NCBI GenBank assembly: GCA_023213395.1
Contig: CM041465.1
Location: 196,609,741-196,673,740, forward strand
Length of the DNA stretch: 64,000 bases
From: Cycas panzhihuaensis
Taxonomy: Eukaryota > Plantae > Cycadophyta
Direction of reading: 5' to 3'
Shown here piece after piece: positions 39,001-52,200 of this stretch. A model generated the notes under the pieces. The model saw only the letters and a list, made by a program, of their open reading frames with translations. It did not search any database and was not told the origin of the DNA. Position 1 is the stretch's first letter. The number at the start of each line of letters is the position of its first letter. The position numbers and the translations under genes were made by a program.

Positions 39001-39766
39001 TCTTCCTTTTTCTGGAACTCCTTCCTTTTGTAGCAATCTTTCTTGAGGTGATCTATCTTATTATAGTGCCAACATCTGAGCTTACTCTTCTTGCCTTTTG
39101 ACTTTGACATCAATATGTCCCTGGAGCTTTGTCCTCTCTTAATTGTTCTACCCCTTGCTATCATAGCTTCTAGTATGGAGGTTTCATGCCTAGAGTTCTT
39201 CCTCACTTCTTTCATCAATAAAGCACTCACAACAAAATCATAGTCTAATTCATCTATAATGCTAAAACTAATTAAGGAGACAATAGTATTCTAGGATTCT
39301 AGTAATGAATATAACAAGGTAATAGCACTATCGTCATCCTCAATTGTGACATCAAAACTAGCCAAGTAATAAATAAGAGTATGAAAATATTTAAATGATC
39401 AGCAATTTTTGTACCTTCCTTTATTCATAATAAGTACAATTACCTCTTCAAGTAGATTCAATCTCTCACTGATTTGGTCATATACAAGCCTTCCAACTGG
39501 GTCCATAATCATGTTGTTGTCTGCTCCCCTGTGATGTTAAATAGAACTTCATCTGCCAAGTATAATCATATTATGCTAAGATCCCTTTTGTCTAGATCAT
39601 CCCATTCATCATCGTCTATCCCTACGGGTTTCTTCGATTTGCCTGCAAGAGCTCTATGTAAATATTATTGTATTAGAACATCATACACTTTCAACTTTCA
39701 CAACTGGAAGTTGTTCTTACCATTGAATTTCCCCACCTCAAACTTTGCATTCACTAGTTTCACCAT
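36003..39766 (-). pseudogene. Copia E gag-pol, disrupted
   Basis: ORF 38412-39230 has the zinc knuckle CWHYNKIDHLKKDC and protease WLLDSGASQHM; ORFs 36773-37081 and 36500-36763 are RT (YGLKQSPRQWYKKF, VLYGDDILV); RNase H at ~36050-36400. Confidence 0.93.
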
Positions 39767-39838
39767 TTGGTATAGAAAAAGTTGAAACCAAAACCTTCAT
39801 AAACTCACTCCAAAAATAAAAATAGCTCTAATACCACT

Positions 39839-40509
39839 TGTTGAGAAGACAAGGGCCTAATAACCTGAAATTGCCACCAAGATCTAAACTATTTTGCAAC
39901 TAGTTATAGGAATCGAAATTGAAATTTAACATGCAAGTTATTAAACTAGAGATAATATAATAAAATGAATAAGAAAGCAAAGCATCACATATACACATGA
40001 TATAACGTGGTAAAACCCTAGCAGTGTGCTAGGGAAACATCCATACAGAAAAGGTATCAATCTTTATTATCAATGAATAGAGAAATATATATAATCTATA
40101 GTAGAATGCTCACAACAACAACAACCAGCTACCCAACTTCTCACAGTACATCCAATACATCAAACACCATTAACATAATGAAAAACACCCTAAATCGGGC
40201 TATATGAGATATTCATATAGGGCACAAATCTCGACCATAGAATCTAGGGTATTTTTAGCAAATGACCCTGATTCTCTTTACAATTTAGTATGCTTTTTAG
40301 TGCTATCTTTTTTGGTCAGGGGCTATTGTGTCTAAACCCCCTCTTTGTAGAGGGCGTTCTAATAACCCTTGCACCCCCCCCCCGGCCAAGGGGGGCTCCC
40401 ACCCCCCTTAGAACCCCCTAAGGAGGTTTGGGAGGGGGGGGAGGGAGGAACGCATTACCAACCTATCAAAATTTTAGCCTCCAAAACATTTTTGTCATAT
40501 TATCTAACA
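39839..40509 (-). repeat. 5' LTR of copia E
   Basis: TGTTG...CTAACA, preceded by PBS GCTCTAATACCA (39825-39836). Confidence 0.95.
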
Positions 40510-40945
40510 GGACCATGGTCCTGAGTCGTCATAGGCTAGATCATAATCACAAGCATAAAATAGGTAGGCAAACTAGGCATCTCAACCATGTATGCAATAA
40601 TATCATACAAAATATAATTATTAAGCATCTCATCACAATTTAGAGTAAATGAGGAGTAAGAGTAGAGATGTATACCTATGCCTACCTAAGAGGTGCTATC
40701 CATATCCATTCCCGGTAGCTAGGAAACACTCTCTAGACAAGTTGAGCCCCTTTCATTGCACCAAAGATTTTCCTGTAGCCTTATTTATACTAGTCCCAGT
40801 AGTCCAAACTCATCGTCCTCATGTTAGTCCAAAAAATAGTATAAGTAGCCCAAATTCTATGATAGATAATTCCATATGGAGGCTTGGTGATATCCACCAT
40901 CTTACTTCAACTTATTCATAGAGCTTCCATTTCCAAAGGAGCAAA

Positions 40946-42477
40946 TGTTTTAGTTTATTTTGCCCCTTTTGGCATAACCAAGTTTGATTCATTTCTCTTC
41001 TTTCTAATTTAATTTGTCTTTATTCTTTGTGATATTGATTGATGATGGCATGGTTTTGATTATTTGCTTATTTATGGTGTTGCTATGTTAGATGTTTTGA
41101 TGTGTGATTGTGGATCATTTCTATCTAGCTTATGATGATAGATCCTAATGCACAAAATTACATAATTCAAGTCCACTCCAAATAATTCCTTCAACATTTT
41201 ATAATTCCATGATTGTTAAGAACCTGCTTCACATCTTGATTATTTTTATGATATAGCTTTAATGAATGATTTCACCTCATTTAGTTTTTCACTTTTTTTT
41301 TTTTTTACTTTTTTAATAAAAATATGACTTGTATTTTTTACTCTATTTTGTCATATTTTTAGTATACTCATCTTATATTTTTTAATTATGACTGATTGCA
41401 TTTACTTGTATCATTGCATTTTTCACATTGTATAAAAAATGCAACCTTACTCATAAAATGCAAAAAGCTCCTAACTGGTCACATTTTATTTGTTATGTCA
41501 TATTTTTCATATAATAGAAAAAATATGATTTTACTCATAAAATACAATGATTTTGAATTGAATGTGCTTTATTTGTATTATCATATTTTTCAAAATAAAA
41601 AATACACCTAGATTATACTTTTTACTAATTGTTATATTTTTCATAACCTCCAAAATATGATCAAATTACATTTTTCACTGATTAGTCACATTTTATTTAT
41701 ATTATCAGGTTTTTCATTTGTCATTGTCTCATTTTCTTTATATTAATGTGTTTTTCATTGACAATGGTAGAAAAATAAAAAATAATTTCCAAAATGTATG
41801 ATTTTCATTTTTTTGTACTTCATGTTTTCGCAAACCCATGGGCTCTCAAACCATGGTTTTTTTTAAAGCCCCTCCCTTCTTATTTTCCTATAAATAGGGG
41901 CACTATTTTGGGAAAAAATAAGGAAGAAAATTATAAGGAAATGTTGTCAATTTGTGGGGTAACTCATTGAGAAATCTTGTTACCATTAGGAAGGCTTAGT
42001 AAGAGGGCAATTTTAAAGCTTCTCTTGAGGGATTTAGGGATTTGGCATGCTCCCACCTAAATCCATACCCCACTTTTATGAAATGTTTCACCTTCTTTTC
42101 AACTCTCTTCCTCCAATGTGTTAGTTTTTCCCATCCTTTTTCACTTTTTCTTAAAATATTCCTCTCTTCATCCTCTTAACCACTTAGAAAATCAATTAGA
42201 TCTATTTAGAGCCATCTATGTGTAGATCTAAGGCACCCTTATCTCCCTTTTTGAGATTTAATAGTATGTTGATGTTAGATTTGAGTGAATTATCTATTTT
42301 GCATTGATTTTTCCTTAATTAGAATTGTAAAATTTAATTCATAATCAAATTTGAAGTGTTACTATTATTATATAATGAATTCCAAATGAATTAAATCCTT
42401 AATTCAAGATTTAGTTTATGTTTGTTTTAAGTTGGTTTATTTCATTCTAATTTGGGTTACCTTGACCACAGTTCACA
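40946..42477 (+). repeat. Putative 3' LTR of G (~1.5 kb)
   Basis: Starts with TG right after a PPT-like AAAGGAGCAAA; contains CCTATAAATAGGGG (TATA at 41889-41896); ends GTTCACA. No partner LTR in the window. Confidence 0.5.
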
Positions 42478-42479
42478 TT

Positions 42480-45400
42480 TGTGAAATAAGGACCATATGG
42501 GAACAATGAAGAACTAAGATAAGATGATTAGCATCAATTGTCAACAACTAACAAGCAAACATATAAGCACATTAGCAAATAGAGGAGGGGGAATTGATCT
42601 TAGCTTCAACAAGATTAATTAGTATTCAACTTAACAGTATAATAACACATCTCATACTCTCTTACTATATATGAAAAAATGGTCTCAATATATAGGTGAG
42701 GAGGATGCCCTTTAGGGTGTTACATATTTGATAAGTGTGAAATATGCATACAAGTACATTGCATGAAAGACACATTTCCATCACACATACATATGTGCAA
42801 ATATGCAAATAGAAGGATAAGAGGTCCATTGACAATTGTTGATCTGTTGCCTTATGAACAATATCAATCTCAGTGTTCTACACATACTCCCTAATAAAGC
42901 GATGATAAACTATAACATACTTGGTTCCTACATGAAAAACTAGATTCTTAGTCATATTATGTACACTTTGGTTATCACAATATAATCTAGTGGGATGTTA
43001 TTATTCAAGTCCAAGCATACTAAAAATCTTCCTTAGCCATATAGCCTTGTATGTTGCACTAACCACAACTTTGTATTCTACTTCTATGGAAGATAAAGTA
43101 ATATTTGGTTACCTCTTTTAACTTCATGAGCTAATAACTGACCCAAGGTTAAATCAATAACTTGAGGTAGATTTTTAGCTATTCTACTATCCAACCTAAT
43201 CAAAGTCTAAGAATCCTTTCAGTGGAAAGTCCTCATTATGTGTATACTAATGGTCATGTTGAAATGTATCTTTTAGGTATCTCAGTATATATTTTAATGC
43301 AATCAAATGCCTCTGATTAGATTAATACATATATTACGAACAAATTCCAACTACATATGGTAAGTCAAGTTCAGTATTAGTCAAGTAGATGAAACTACCC
43401 ACTAGTTGCTTGTAAAATATGGAATCCACAAGTTGTGCTTCCTCATCAAGTATCAATTTGACACCAATCTCCATATGTATAGGTAAAGGTTTAAATTCCT
43501 CCATTCTAAAGCACTGTAATATGTTCCAAGTATATTTGGCTTGAGAAATAAAGATATTACCTGACTATTGCCATACCTCCATGCCTAAGAAATAATGAAG
43601 AAGTCCTAGATCTATAATCTCAAAACTTCTCTTTAAGTCCTCTTGGAGATTCTCTATTATTTTAGTATCACTTCCAATGATAACTTAATCATTAACATAC
43701 AAAATGACAAAGGTAACATGCTAGTTCTGAACTTTTATATATAAGTTTAAATTTGATGATGATTGACGAAATCTATATCTTAGAAAGTAATCATAGATTT
43801 TTTAATACGAAGCACATGGGGCCTACTTTAAGTGATATAAAGTCTTTTTAAGGTGATAAACTAAATGTTCCTTTCCATGTACTTTATAATCGGGTGGTTG
43901 CTCCAAATACACCTTCTTTAAAAGATTACCATTGAGAAAGACACTTTTTATATCCATCTAATAGATAGACTATTTTCACTGTGTAACTAAGGCTAATATT
44001 AGTTTGATAATATTCATATGTGTAACTGGTGTAAATGTTTCATTATAGTCTATTCCTCTTTTTTGTTTAAAAAGTTTAGTAACTAGTCAAGCCTTAGAAC
44101 ACTTGATTGAACCATTAGATCAAAATTTGATTTTATAAATCCATTTGTAGTTTATTGTCTATTTCCATTTAGGTAGTTCAACCAAATCCCAAGTTCTATT
44201 TCTTTTAATAGAATAGATTTTATCATCCATAGTAGCATTCCACTTTTTATCTTTACATACTTCTTCAAAAGTGGAAGGCTCATCAATAGATAACACTTCA
44301 ACCATAAGTTTATAGTTAGCAATTTATTGTCTCATTTGGATGGATGCTTTCCTTCAATAATTTATGAATCCTATATAATTTATATGTATAATTTAGGTAG
44401 CTTCTTCATTGATTTATCGATCACCTTAGTATCTTAAGCCTGCAAAGGCTACTCAATATCAAAAAGACTACAAAAATCAAAGAGTTGTTGATGTAAATGG
44501 AGCTGACGTAGACAAAGAAGAAGATATAGGTGTAGAAGATGTATATGGTATAAATGATTATGAGGGAAGTAAGTCCTCAACAATTACTTTACCTTTATCA
44601 ATAGACATATGGATGGATGTCAGGTCTATTTCTTCATTATCTTTAGCAAAGATAACATCTTTGGTTGCATGCATTTTTCTTCAATGGAATCATCAAACCT
44701 ATATGCTTTGCTTCATAATGCATAACTAATAAAGATGTATTTTAGATTTTTATTATCTAGTTTTTGCATTTGTCGATAGGGAACAAACATATAGGGAGTG
44801 CATCCAAAGGTACATAAGTGGCTAACAGTTGGCTCACTGCTAGTTGTTCATCCTCTCTACCATCCCATTTTGTTGTATTATGTATGAAGTAGTGGGTTGA
44901 TGGTTGAAGCCATAATTAATGCAAAACTAGTTAATTTTTTTAAAAGTGAATTCACCTCTATTATCAGAATACAATGCTTTGATTTATATATCTAATTCCT
45001 TATTTATAGTAAGTTTGAATTTTTAAAATTTTAATAATGCCTCATATTTATGTGTAATACATTACACCCAAACTTTATAAGAGATGTCGTCAATGAAACT
45101 GATGTAGTAAGATGCTCCTCTAAAAAATTATATAAACATAGATCCATAAATATCTGTGTACTAATTGCAATAATTATATAGCCCTCTATACTTTGTCTTT
45201 CTAAAAAGGCTCTCTCTATGTGTTGTTTACCCATGATACAAGCCTCACAATAACACTTACCTTCTAAAATTTTAGATAAGTCAAAAACCATATTTTTCTT
45301 GAACATCAGTTTGATGCTCTTCTAAGTTCAAATGACCTAGTTTATTATGCCATAATTTCTTCTTAGTTAATAATTGAGTGATATAGGCTTGTGAATTATC

Positions 45401-46842
45401 AAGGTGTTGCTTATAATACATCTAATTTATAGAGTGTATGGTCTTCATGACCAATAATAATCACTTAGTTATATTTGTCATTAATTATACATTTCCCATT
45501 TTTTAACAAAATGCTTATCTATTACTTGTCAAGTTGGCTAATAAATAGTATATTTTTAGATATGGATAGAACTGGAAAGATATCACTAATGGGAAATATT
45601 TGAGCAAGGTCTTCTGAAGTGTGAAATGAAATAATTTTTTCAACATCAAATGTTTGAATAATTTTATTATTACCAAAGGTAACAATATGACCCTTACTTT
45701 TATCAATATCATATAATAAATCAATATCATTAGTCATGTGATGGGATACACTAGAGTTGATAATCCATGTATTGTTGTTATTGTTATTGTAGAATGCACA
45801 AAATATTTTTTCATCTAAATACTAATTAGTATGGCTTTGATAGCCACCTCTAAATGCCCCCTATAATTTCCATGTCAACCTTCTCAAAATGCACCTCGAT
45901 TTGGTATTTGTGAGGGCTATTTCTATTATTTTTACCATTGTTATTGCTACTATTACAAGTCAAATTACTTCCTTCTGCATTAAGGCTAAACATGACTAAC
46001 CTTGCCACAATAATCACATATAATCCTTTTTATTCTTGAAGCCCTAATTTTGAGATTCCCAAACTATTTTTTAAAGTGTTGTTTAGGAGACATAGGTTGT
46101 TTGCCTTTATGTTTTGTACTAAATACTCTTAAAGTTATTACTTCATCTTGTAGTGAGTATAATTACTCCTCCCATAATAAGAGGCTTTCTAATTGGTTTA
46201 AGGTCATATCGCCCAAAGTGCCTCCTCGTATGATGAAGGAAATGAAGTCATTATACTCTTATAGAAAAACATGAATGGTAACAGTAACTAAGTCTTCATT
46301 TGATGTTGGTTTACCTAAAACTATTAACTAATTATTTTTTTCTTTTATAGTTGATAAGCAAGTTTTCATTAGATTAATAAACTTTATACTAAACAATTTA
46401 ACTTTGGATATTACAATACGAGCATCATCTTGCCTTTCATATAAAGATAACAAAGTGTCCCATCTTCTTTAGAAGTAGTAACATTCGTAAGAGTTTAATC
46501 CATAATGTTATAAATTATTATGTGTGAGAAAGCTAAGGTAATTTCATCTTTATCTTTCCATGCAACAATAAGAGTGAGATCAATAGGTACTATGATATTA
46601 GCATTTGCAGTGCTTTAAATTGGAGCAGGTTTGGGGATTCTTCTACATACATAACGCCATAGTTCATTCATAATAAGAAAAATTTTTGTTTATTTCTTCT
46701 AATCTTAAAAATTATTAGGTCCATTTAGTTTAATTTATGTTGCATTAAGCATTGATATGGTAATCATTTTAAGTGTTAATTTTAAATTCTTGTAGCTAAA
46801 GACTTGATTTAAAAGTTAAAAGCTTTTGTCACTTAAGATCCA
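42480..46842 (-). mobile_element. Copia element H: 3' LTR (~42480-42884) and decayed gag-pol (~42900-46770); 5' end displaced by I
   Basis: RNase H at ~42950-43200; RT at ~43250-44290 (LYVND-type site ~43690-43705; FDLMVQSSVLRLD/KARLV region ~44080-44130); partly deleted integrase 44650-45160; protease WIINSSVSHHMT at ~45735-45770; Gag up to ~46770. Confidence 0.8.
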
Positions 46843-48885
46843 TGTGAAAGTACACCAATAGTCCTGATAATTATTTAGCATATATAGTAAGAAAATAAGA
46901 TAAACATAGAAAATAGATGCACAATACATAGGATTTACATGGAAAACCCTTCGAGAAAAAACCTACTATAAAGATCAATAGATCACATTAATTACCACTT
47001 ATTTATTATGAATATGCAAGGGCTCTAGGATATTTATATCCTTTAAAGAGATGTTAATCGATAAGCATTATGACCCTCCACATAACTTGTACTATTTTAT
47101 TAATTACATTTAGTTAAACCACCACATTAATATTAACAAGTGGCTTAACAAACAATTACCACACTAACATCCCCCTTTAATGTGAATGTGAAGAATCTAC
47201 AAGTTGCAATAGTTGTGTTATCACAAAGGTTGGAACTATTATGCTTCTTTATCCTTGTCGATACGTCCCCCCTCAAGGGTAACATCTATGAGTCCCAATC
47301 TTATAAGTATATTTGTGAATTAATCTTCAATAAGCACTTTGGTAAAGATGTCCACAAGTTGATATTCACTCAAACAATAGTCGATCTGTAGCTTCCCTAA
47401 CTTGACTTATTCAAGGATGTAGTGGTGTTGTATCTCGATGTTCTTCATATGAGTATGAAACTCTAGATTCTTTAACAAGTAAACAGTATTCTAATTGTCA
47501 ACAAAAATAATCAAATAACTATTTGAAACTCCAAGAACTTCCAAGAGACCTTACAACCATACAACTTCTTTAGCACTAACACTAAGTCTTTGATATTTTA
47601 CCTCTATAGAAGATAAGTCCATTATTTGTTGCTTCTATGACTACCATGAAATAAATCTATTACCAATACTAAAGATGTATCCAGTAGTGGACTTATGATT
47701 ATTAGAGTCTTCTCTATAATTAGCATCAGTGTAGTTATACAACTTTGTTTCCTTACCATAAAGGTATTCAAGACCATGATTAAGTATCCTCTTCAAGTAC
47801 TTTAGAATCTACTTCATTGTAACCTAATATAGTTCTTAATGATTTTGCATATATTAAGAAACCAAGCTAATAGCATAGGTAATATTTGGTTTGGTATGAT
47901 TCAAATGTATTAGATTCCCTACTAATTGATGGTATATTATTCTATCTATATAGGGTTTGACTATATCTTTCTATAGTCTTATGCCATTAGCACATGGTGT
48001 TACAACTAGTTTATAATCCTACATCCTAAACTTTTACAGTAAGTTCTACATATACTGTATCTGTAACAACATGATTTGATCTTTCATCTACTTGGCTTGA
48101 ATATTTAAGTAGTGAAGTCACCTAAGGTTTATTATATTAAAGGCAGCTCTCAAATTAGACTTAACTCCTACAATAGTCTTATTACAGTTACCTCTGATGA
48201 GTAAATCATCCACATACAATATAATAGCTACTATTTAGGTCCTACTCTTTCTCACATATAAAATTAGGTTAAGTTTTGAAATAATAAATCCTTCTTCCTT
48301 TAACTTGGTATCAATCTTTTTATACTAAGCATGAGGTGCTTGTTTTAAACCATAAAGTGGTTTTTTCAACTGGCACATAAGATGCTCCTAGCCTTTCTTA
48401 ATAAATCCTAGAGGTTGTGACATATGATTCTCCTCCTTTAGATCTCCATTAAGAAATGTAGACTTAATGTCCATCTGGTATAACTCCTAAGCATATGCAA
48501 CTACTAAGGAAATGATCAAACAGACCATCACTATCTTAGAGACTAGTGTAAATATCTCATTTTAATCAATTCCTTCATTTTGCTTAGACCCTTGAGTGAC
48601 AAGCCTAACCTTATACTTATCCACCTCTCTATTATAGTGAAACTTAGTCTCATAGATCCACTTACATCTAACAAGGTTCTTCATTAAAGGGAGCAAAACC
48701 AAATCCTATGTGTCATTCTTCATGAGTAAACCATACTCCTCTTCTATTGTAGCTCTCTATTATAGTTCACTCTTCACTTTATCATACATATTAGGATTAC
48801 TAGAGTTATTGGTGCCTACCAATAGAGTTCGATTGGTATATTAACTTCTTATTCTCCTCTTATTAGCAAGGGTATATATCACCAC

Positions 48886-49224
48886 TAATAGAATCAAGGG
48901 ATATAAGGAATAGAATGAGAATACAAAAAGAAGTAAACCATCAATCTTGTAACAGTAGGGGTGTTGATGAATACCAAGGTCTTTAGACCCCATGAATAAA
49001 TAAGTAGGACTTGCGGAGGATGTGGTACACCACTCAAAGTCCACTACTAATTAGTATTGATAAATGTTAGATATGCTACTACCAAGATCTGACATAGTGC
49101 AATTAAATATGACTATGATCTGACATAGTACTACCACGATATCTCTACTAATCTAGGTTATCATTCTAATTTGGGTAATCAACCTAAGGAAGACAGGAGC
49201 CCTGATATGGGTATTATTCTAATA
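48886..49224 (-). repeat. 3' LTR of copia J
   Basis: Colinear with 54794-55132, roughly 75-80% identical by eye. Confidence 0.9.
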
Positions 49225-52200
49225 TTTCTCTCCCATAATGCCCATTTAGAAAGACTCTAAGTTTATCTCTAAATTTAATAAACTTTATTTTGCCAAGTGC
49301 CTTTGTGAATATATCTGTCACCCATTCTTCTATGTTATAATAGACTAATTCTAGCTCGCCTTATTGTACTAACTCTCTAATGAAGTGATGTTATGTTTTA
49401 ATATACTTTGTCCTACATGAAACACTAGATTCCTAGTCATCTGAATTATGCTTTGACTATCACAAAGTAATTGATAGGACCCACCTATTCTTCCTATAAA
49501 TCTTGAAGCAACCTTTTAAGCTAAACTATTTCATATGCTCCTATTACAACTGCTTTATACTCTACTTTTATTGTAGATAGAGATATTATAGCCTGTCTTT
49601 TTAAACTTCATGCTACTACAACTATACCTAAATTGAATGTATAACTAGATGTAGATTTTCTATCATCTATACAACCTACATTATACTTATCAATAGTCCC
49701 ATTTGATTTATACTTGGTCTTATAATCCCATTTAGTCCCAATGGCATTTTAGCTAGGTAGTAGATCCACTAACTCCCATGTGTCATTTTTCACTAAGGTA
49801 TTATATTCTTCTTTTATTACTTTCTTCCATTCTTCTTGATTATTTGCATCTTCATGGTTATGAGGCTCATTAAACTCCATAACCTGAGTCATAAGTGCAA
49901 ATTTTACCCTTTAAAATCTTGTAGTCCTTCTCTCAAAGTTGGTGTCCAAAATATTTGAAGGGTTATGAGTCCTTTGTACCCACTTAGGGACCCTTTAATT
50001 TAAAATAGAGGGTTCTACTTCATTTATATAAGGTATATTTGTACACATAGAATTTAAGTCCACCCCAACCATGATATTCTTGCCTTTATCTTTTTTAATT
50101 ACTTCTTGATGATAAAATTTATCTTCTTTAAAGATGACATCCCTGTTTATAATAATCTTCTTTCCTTTTGGATCATAAAGTTTATAGGATCTAGAAGAGT
50201 CACAATATTCTATGAAGATACATTTGATGTTCATGTCATCTAGTTTTGTACTCCTTTGATCTAGGACATGTACAAAAGCTATACATCCAAAAATTCCTAA
50301 GTATTTGATGCTTGGCTTATAACCTGTCTAAGCTTCTTTTGGTATAACCTACCTAACTGCTTTAATAGTACACTTATTCAACACATAGATAATTGTATGT
50401 ATAGCTTCATCCCAATATTCATTTCCTAGATTCTTATGCTTAAGCATACTTTTGGCCATTTCAATAATTATTCTATTTTTTCTTTCAGTAATCTATTTTG
50501 TTATGGGTTATAAAGATTTGTGAGTTGTTTTCTTCTACCACAACATCTAAAATAAGATTTGAATTTATTTGAAATAAATTACTTCCCATTGTATGATCTT
50601 AGGGTCAAAATTCTAAGTCCACTTTATTTTTATGCTATAGTTTTAAAGTCCACAAAACATTATAGAGCATCTAACTTAAGCTTGACGAAGCATAGCCATG
50701 TCATCCTTATGAAATTATTAATAAATATTATAAAAAACTTAGCACCTCTAAGTAAGGGCACATCCATTAGACCATATAAGTCTATATATATTAATTAGAG
50801 GGGCCCATTGGCCTTATAACTTTCACTAGAAAATCCTTCTGTTTGTTGCTTTCCAAGTATACATCCTTCATATATTTTCTTACTAAGTTCAAAAGTTGGT
50901 AGTCTAATTATCATACCTATTTTTTTCATGAAGGACAAACTATTGTAATTTATATAGCCAAGTCTTTTGTGCCATGCTTTTCTATCCATATTAGTTGATA
51001 CTTTTCAAGTATAATACTTTGTTAGGGATATGACTAGTTTGAATAACATGTCACTAATTATTTGTCCTTTGGCTATAATTGCTTTGTTCCTAAGTTTATC
51101 TTTAATGGTGCATTCCCAATTATCAAAGATTATCTTGTATTTCTTTTCCATTATCTAATCCACTAAAAGTAAGTTCTTCTTAAGTACTGGAACATGAAGT
51201 ATATCATTTATGTATCTTATTTCTCAAAAATTAGTTTATATAGAGACATTCATTTTTTTAATAGTTGTTTGAGTGGTGTTATCACTAAATATAATATTAC
51301 TTTTCTTGGTGTTATTTAATTCTTTAAACCACTCTTCCTTATAATAAATGTGTGTAAACACCATGAATCTATGTACCATCTTCTTCCTCACTGGCTATTA
51401 AACTTGAAAAAAATAATATATCATCATGTCTTTCTTCAATAACTATGCTAGTAATTCCCCTTTATAAACTTGATCTTTTTATAAAGTAATTTTCTTTTAA
51501 GTACCTATTTCTATAGTTGTAAGAACACTAGATAGTTCCTCTACTATTTGGGCTTCTTCCTTTTTGTCCTTAGTTTCTACCCTTAGGACTTTGGCCTTTT
51601 CCTTTTCTTTGGAGTCCATAATTTTGGCCTTGACCTTGGCCTTGATAATACCTTTAACCTTGAAATTAATTTTACCCTTAATAGAATTGATTTGGGCCTT
51701 GTTCTTGATAAATGCCTTGACCTTAATGATATCCTTATGCTTGATAGATTTGACATTGCCTTTGAAATTAATTTCTAGATTGACCTCTACCTCTAGGGGA
51801 TTGTTCTTTATCCCTAAAACTTTGTCCTTGGAATGAAGGTCTAATTTTTACCTTAGTTAAAAAGCATATTCAAGAAACTCACTTCCTCTCTTTTTCTCTT
51901 CTACAACTAATAGCATGGCACTTAATTGATTTATATTAAGGGTACTAAGGTCCTTAGAGAACTCAATGTTAGTCACCACCATCTCAAATCATTTGATATT
52001 GCTTACATAACTTAAAGATTTTCTTAACTACCCTTTTCTCACTAATTACCTCTTCTAATGACCTTATTTGGTTGACTAGGCCTTAGAGTTTTATAATGAA
52101 GTTATTAACTCCTTTATTAATATTTATCCTTAGGTTCTTAAATTTTCTTTTTAAAGTCTAAAACTTTGATATTAGTGTTCTTTTGTATGTAGTCATTAGT

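Larger units (their letters stand above)
35286..40509 (-). mobile_element. Copia element E (Tork/Tnt1-like), near full length, inserted in the 5' LTR of D
   Basis: LTRs at 35286-35944 and 39839-40509; TSD GGACT/GGACC; PBS at 39825-39836; PPT at 35945-35956. RT contains DLGAAKKILGIEIHRDRKNGKLWLS, typical of Tnt1-like elements. Confidence 0.96.
17129..40728 (-). mobile_element. Tat/Ogre-like Ty3/gypsy element D, near complete (~18.4 kb excluding nested E)
   Basis: LTRs of ~3.3 kb at 17129-20398 and 32217-40728 (interrupted by E). Decayed tRNA-Arg-type PBS at 32197-32215; PPT at 20399-20410. gag-PR-RT-RH-INT at 32053-25346 with the Tat-type RT motif CVDF.DINNACPKDNFYLP. TSD imperfect (CTGTT vs CTCTC). 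Confidence 0.92.
32217..40728 (-). repeat. 5' LTR of D (32217-35285 plus 40515-40728), split by copia E
   Basis: Removing E restores CATAGGACCATGGTC, as seen intact at 20176-20190 in the 3' LTR. Confidence 0.92.
7090..42477 (+). mobile_element. Putative host element G, Tat-like and apparently pol-less; own sequence ~7090-8898, 13164-17128 and 40729-42477; 5' LTR not seen
   Basis: Plus-strand Gag remnant at ~7370-7600; 3'-region repeat arrays at 16218-16973; PPT AAAGGAGCAAA at 40935-40945 followed by TG and an LTR-like block ending in CA at 42477. Assigning all pieces to one element is inference. Confidence 0.45.
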
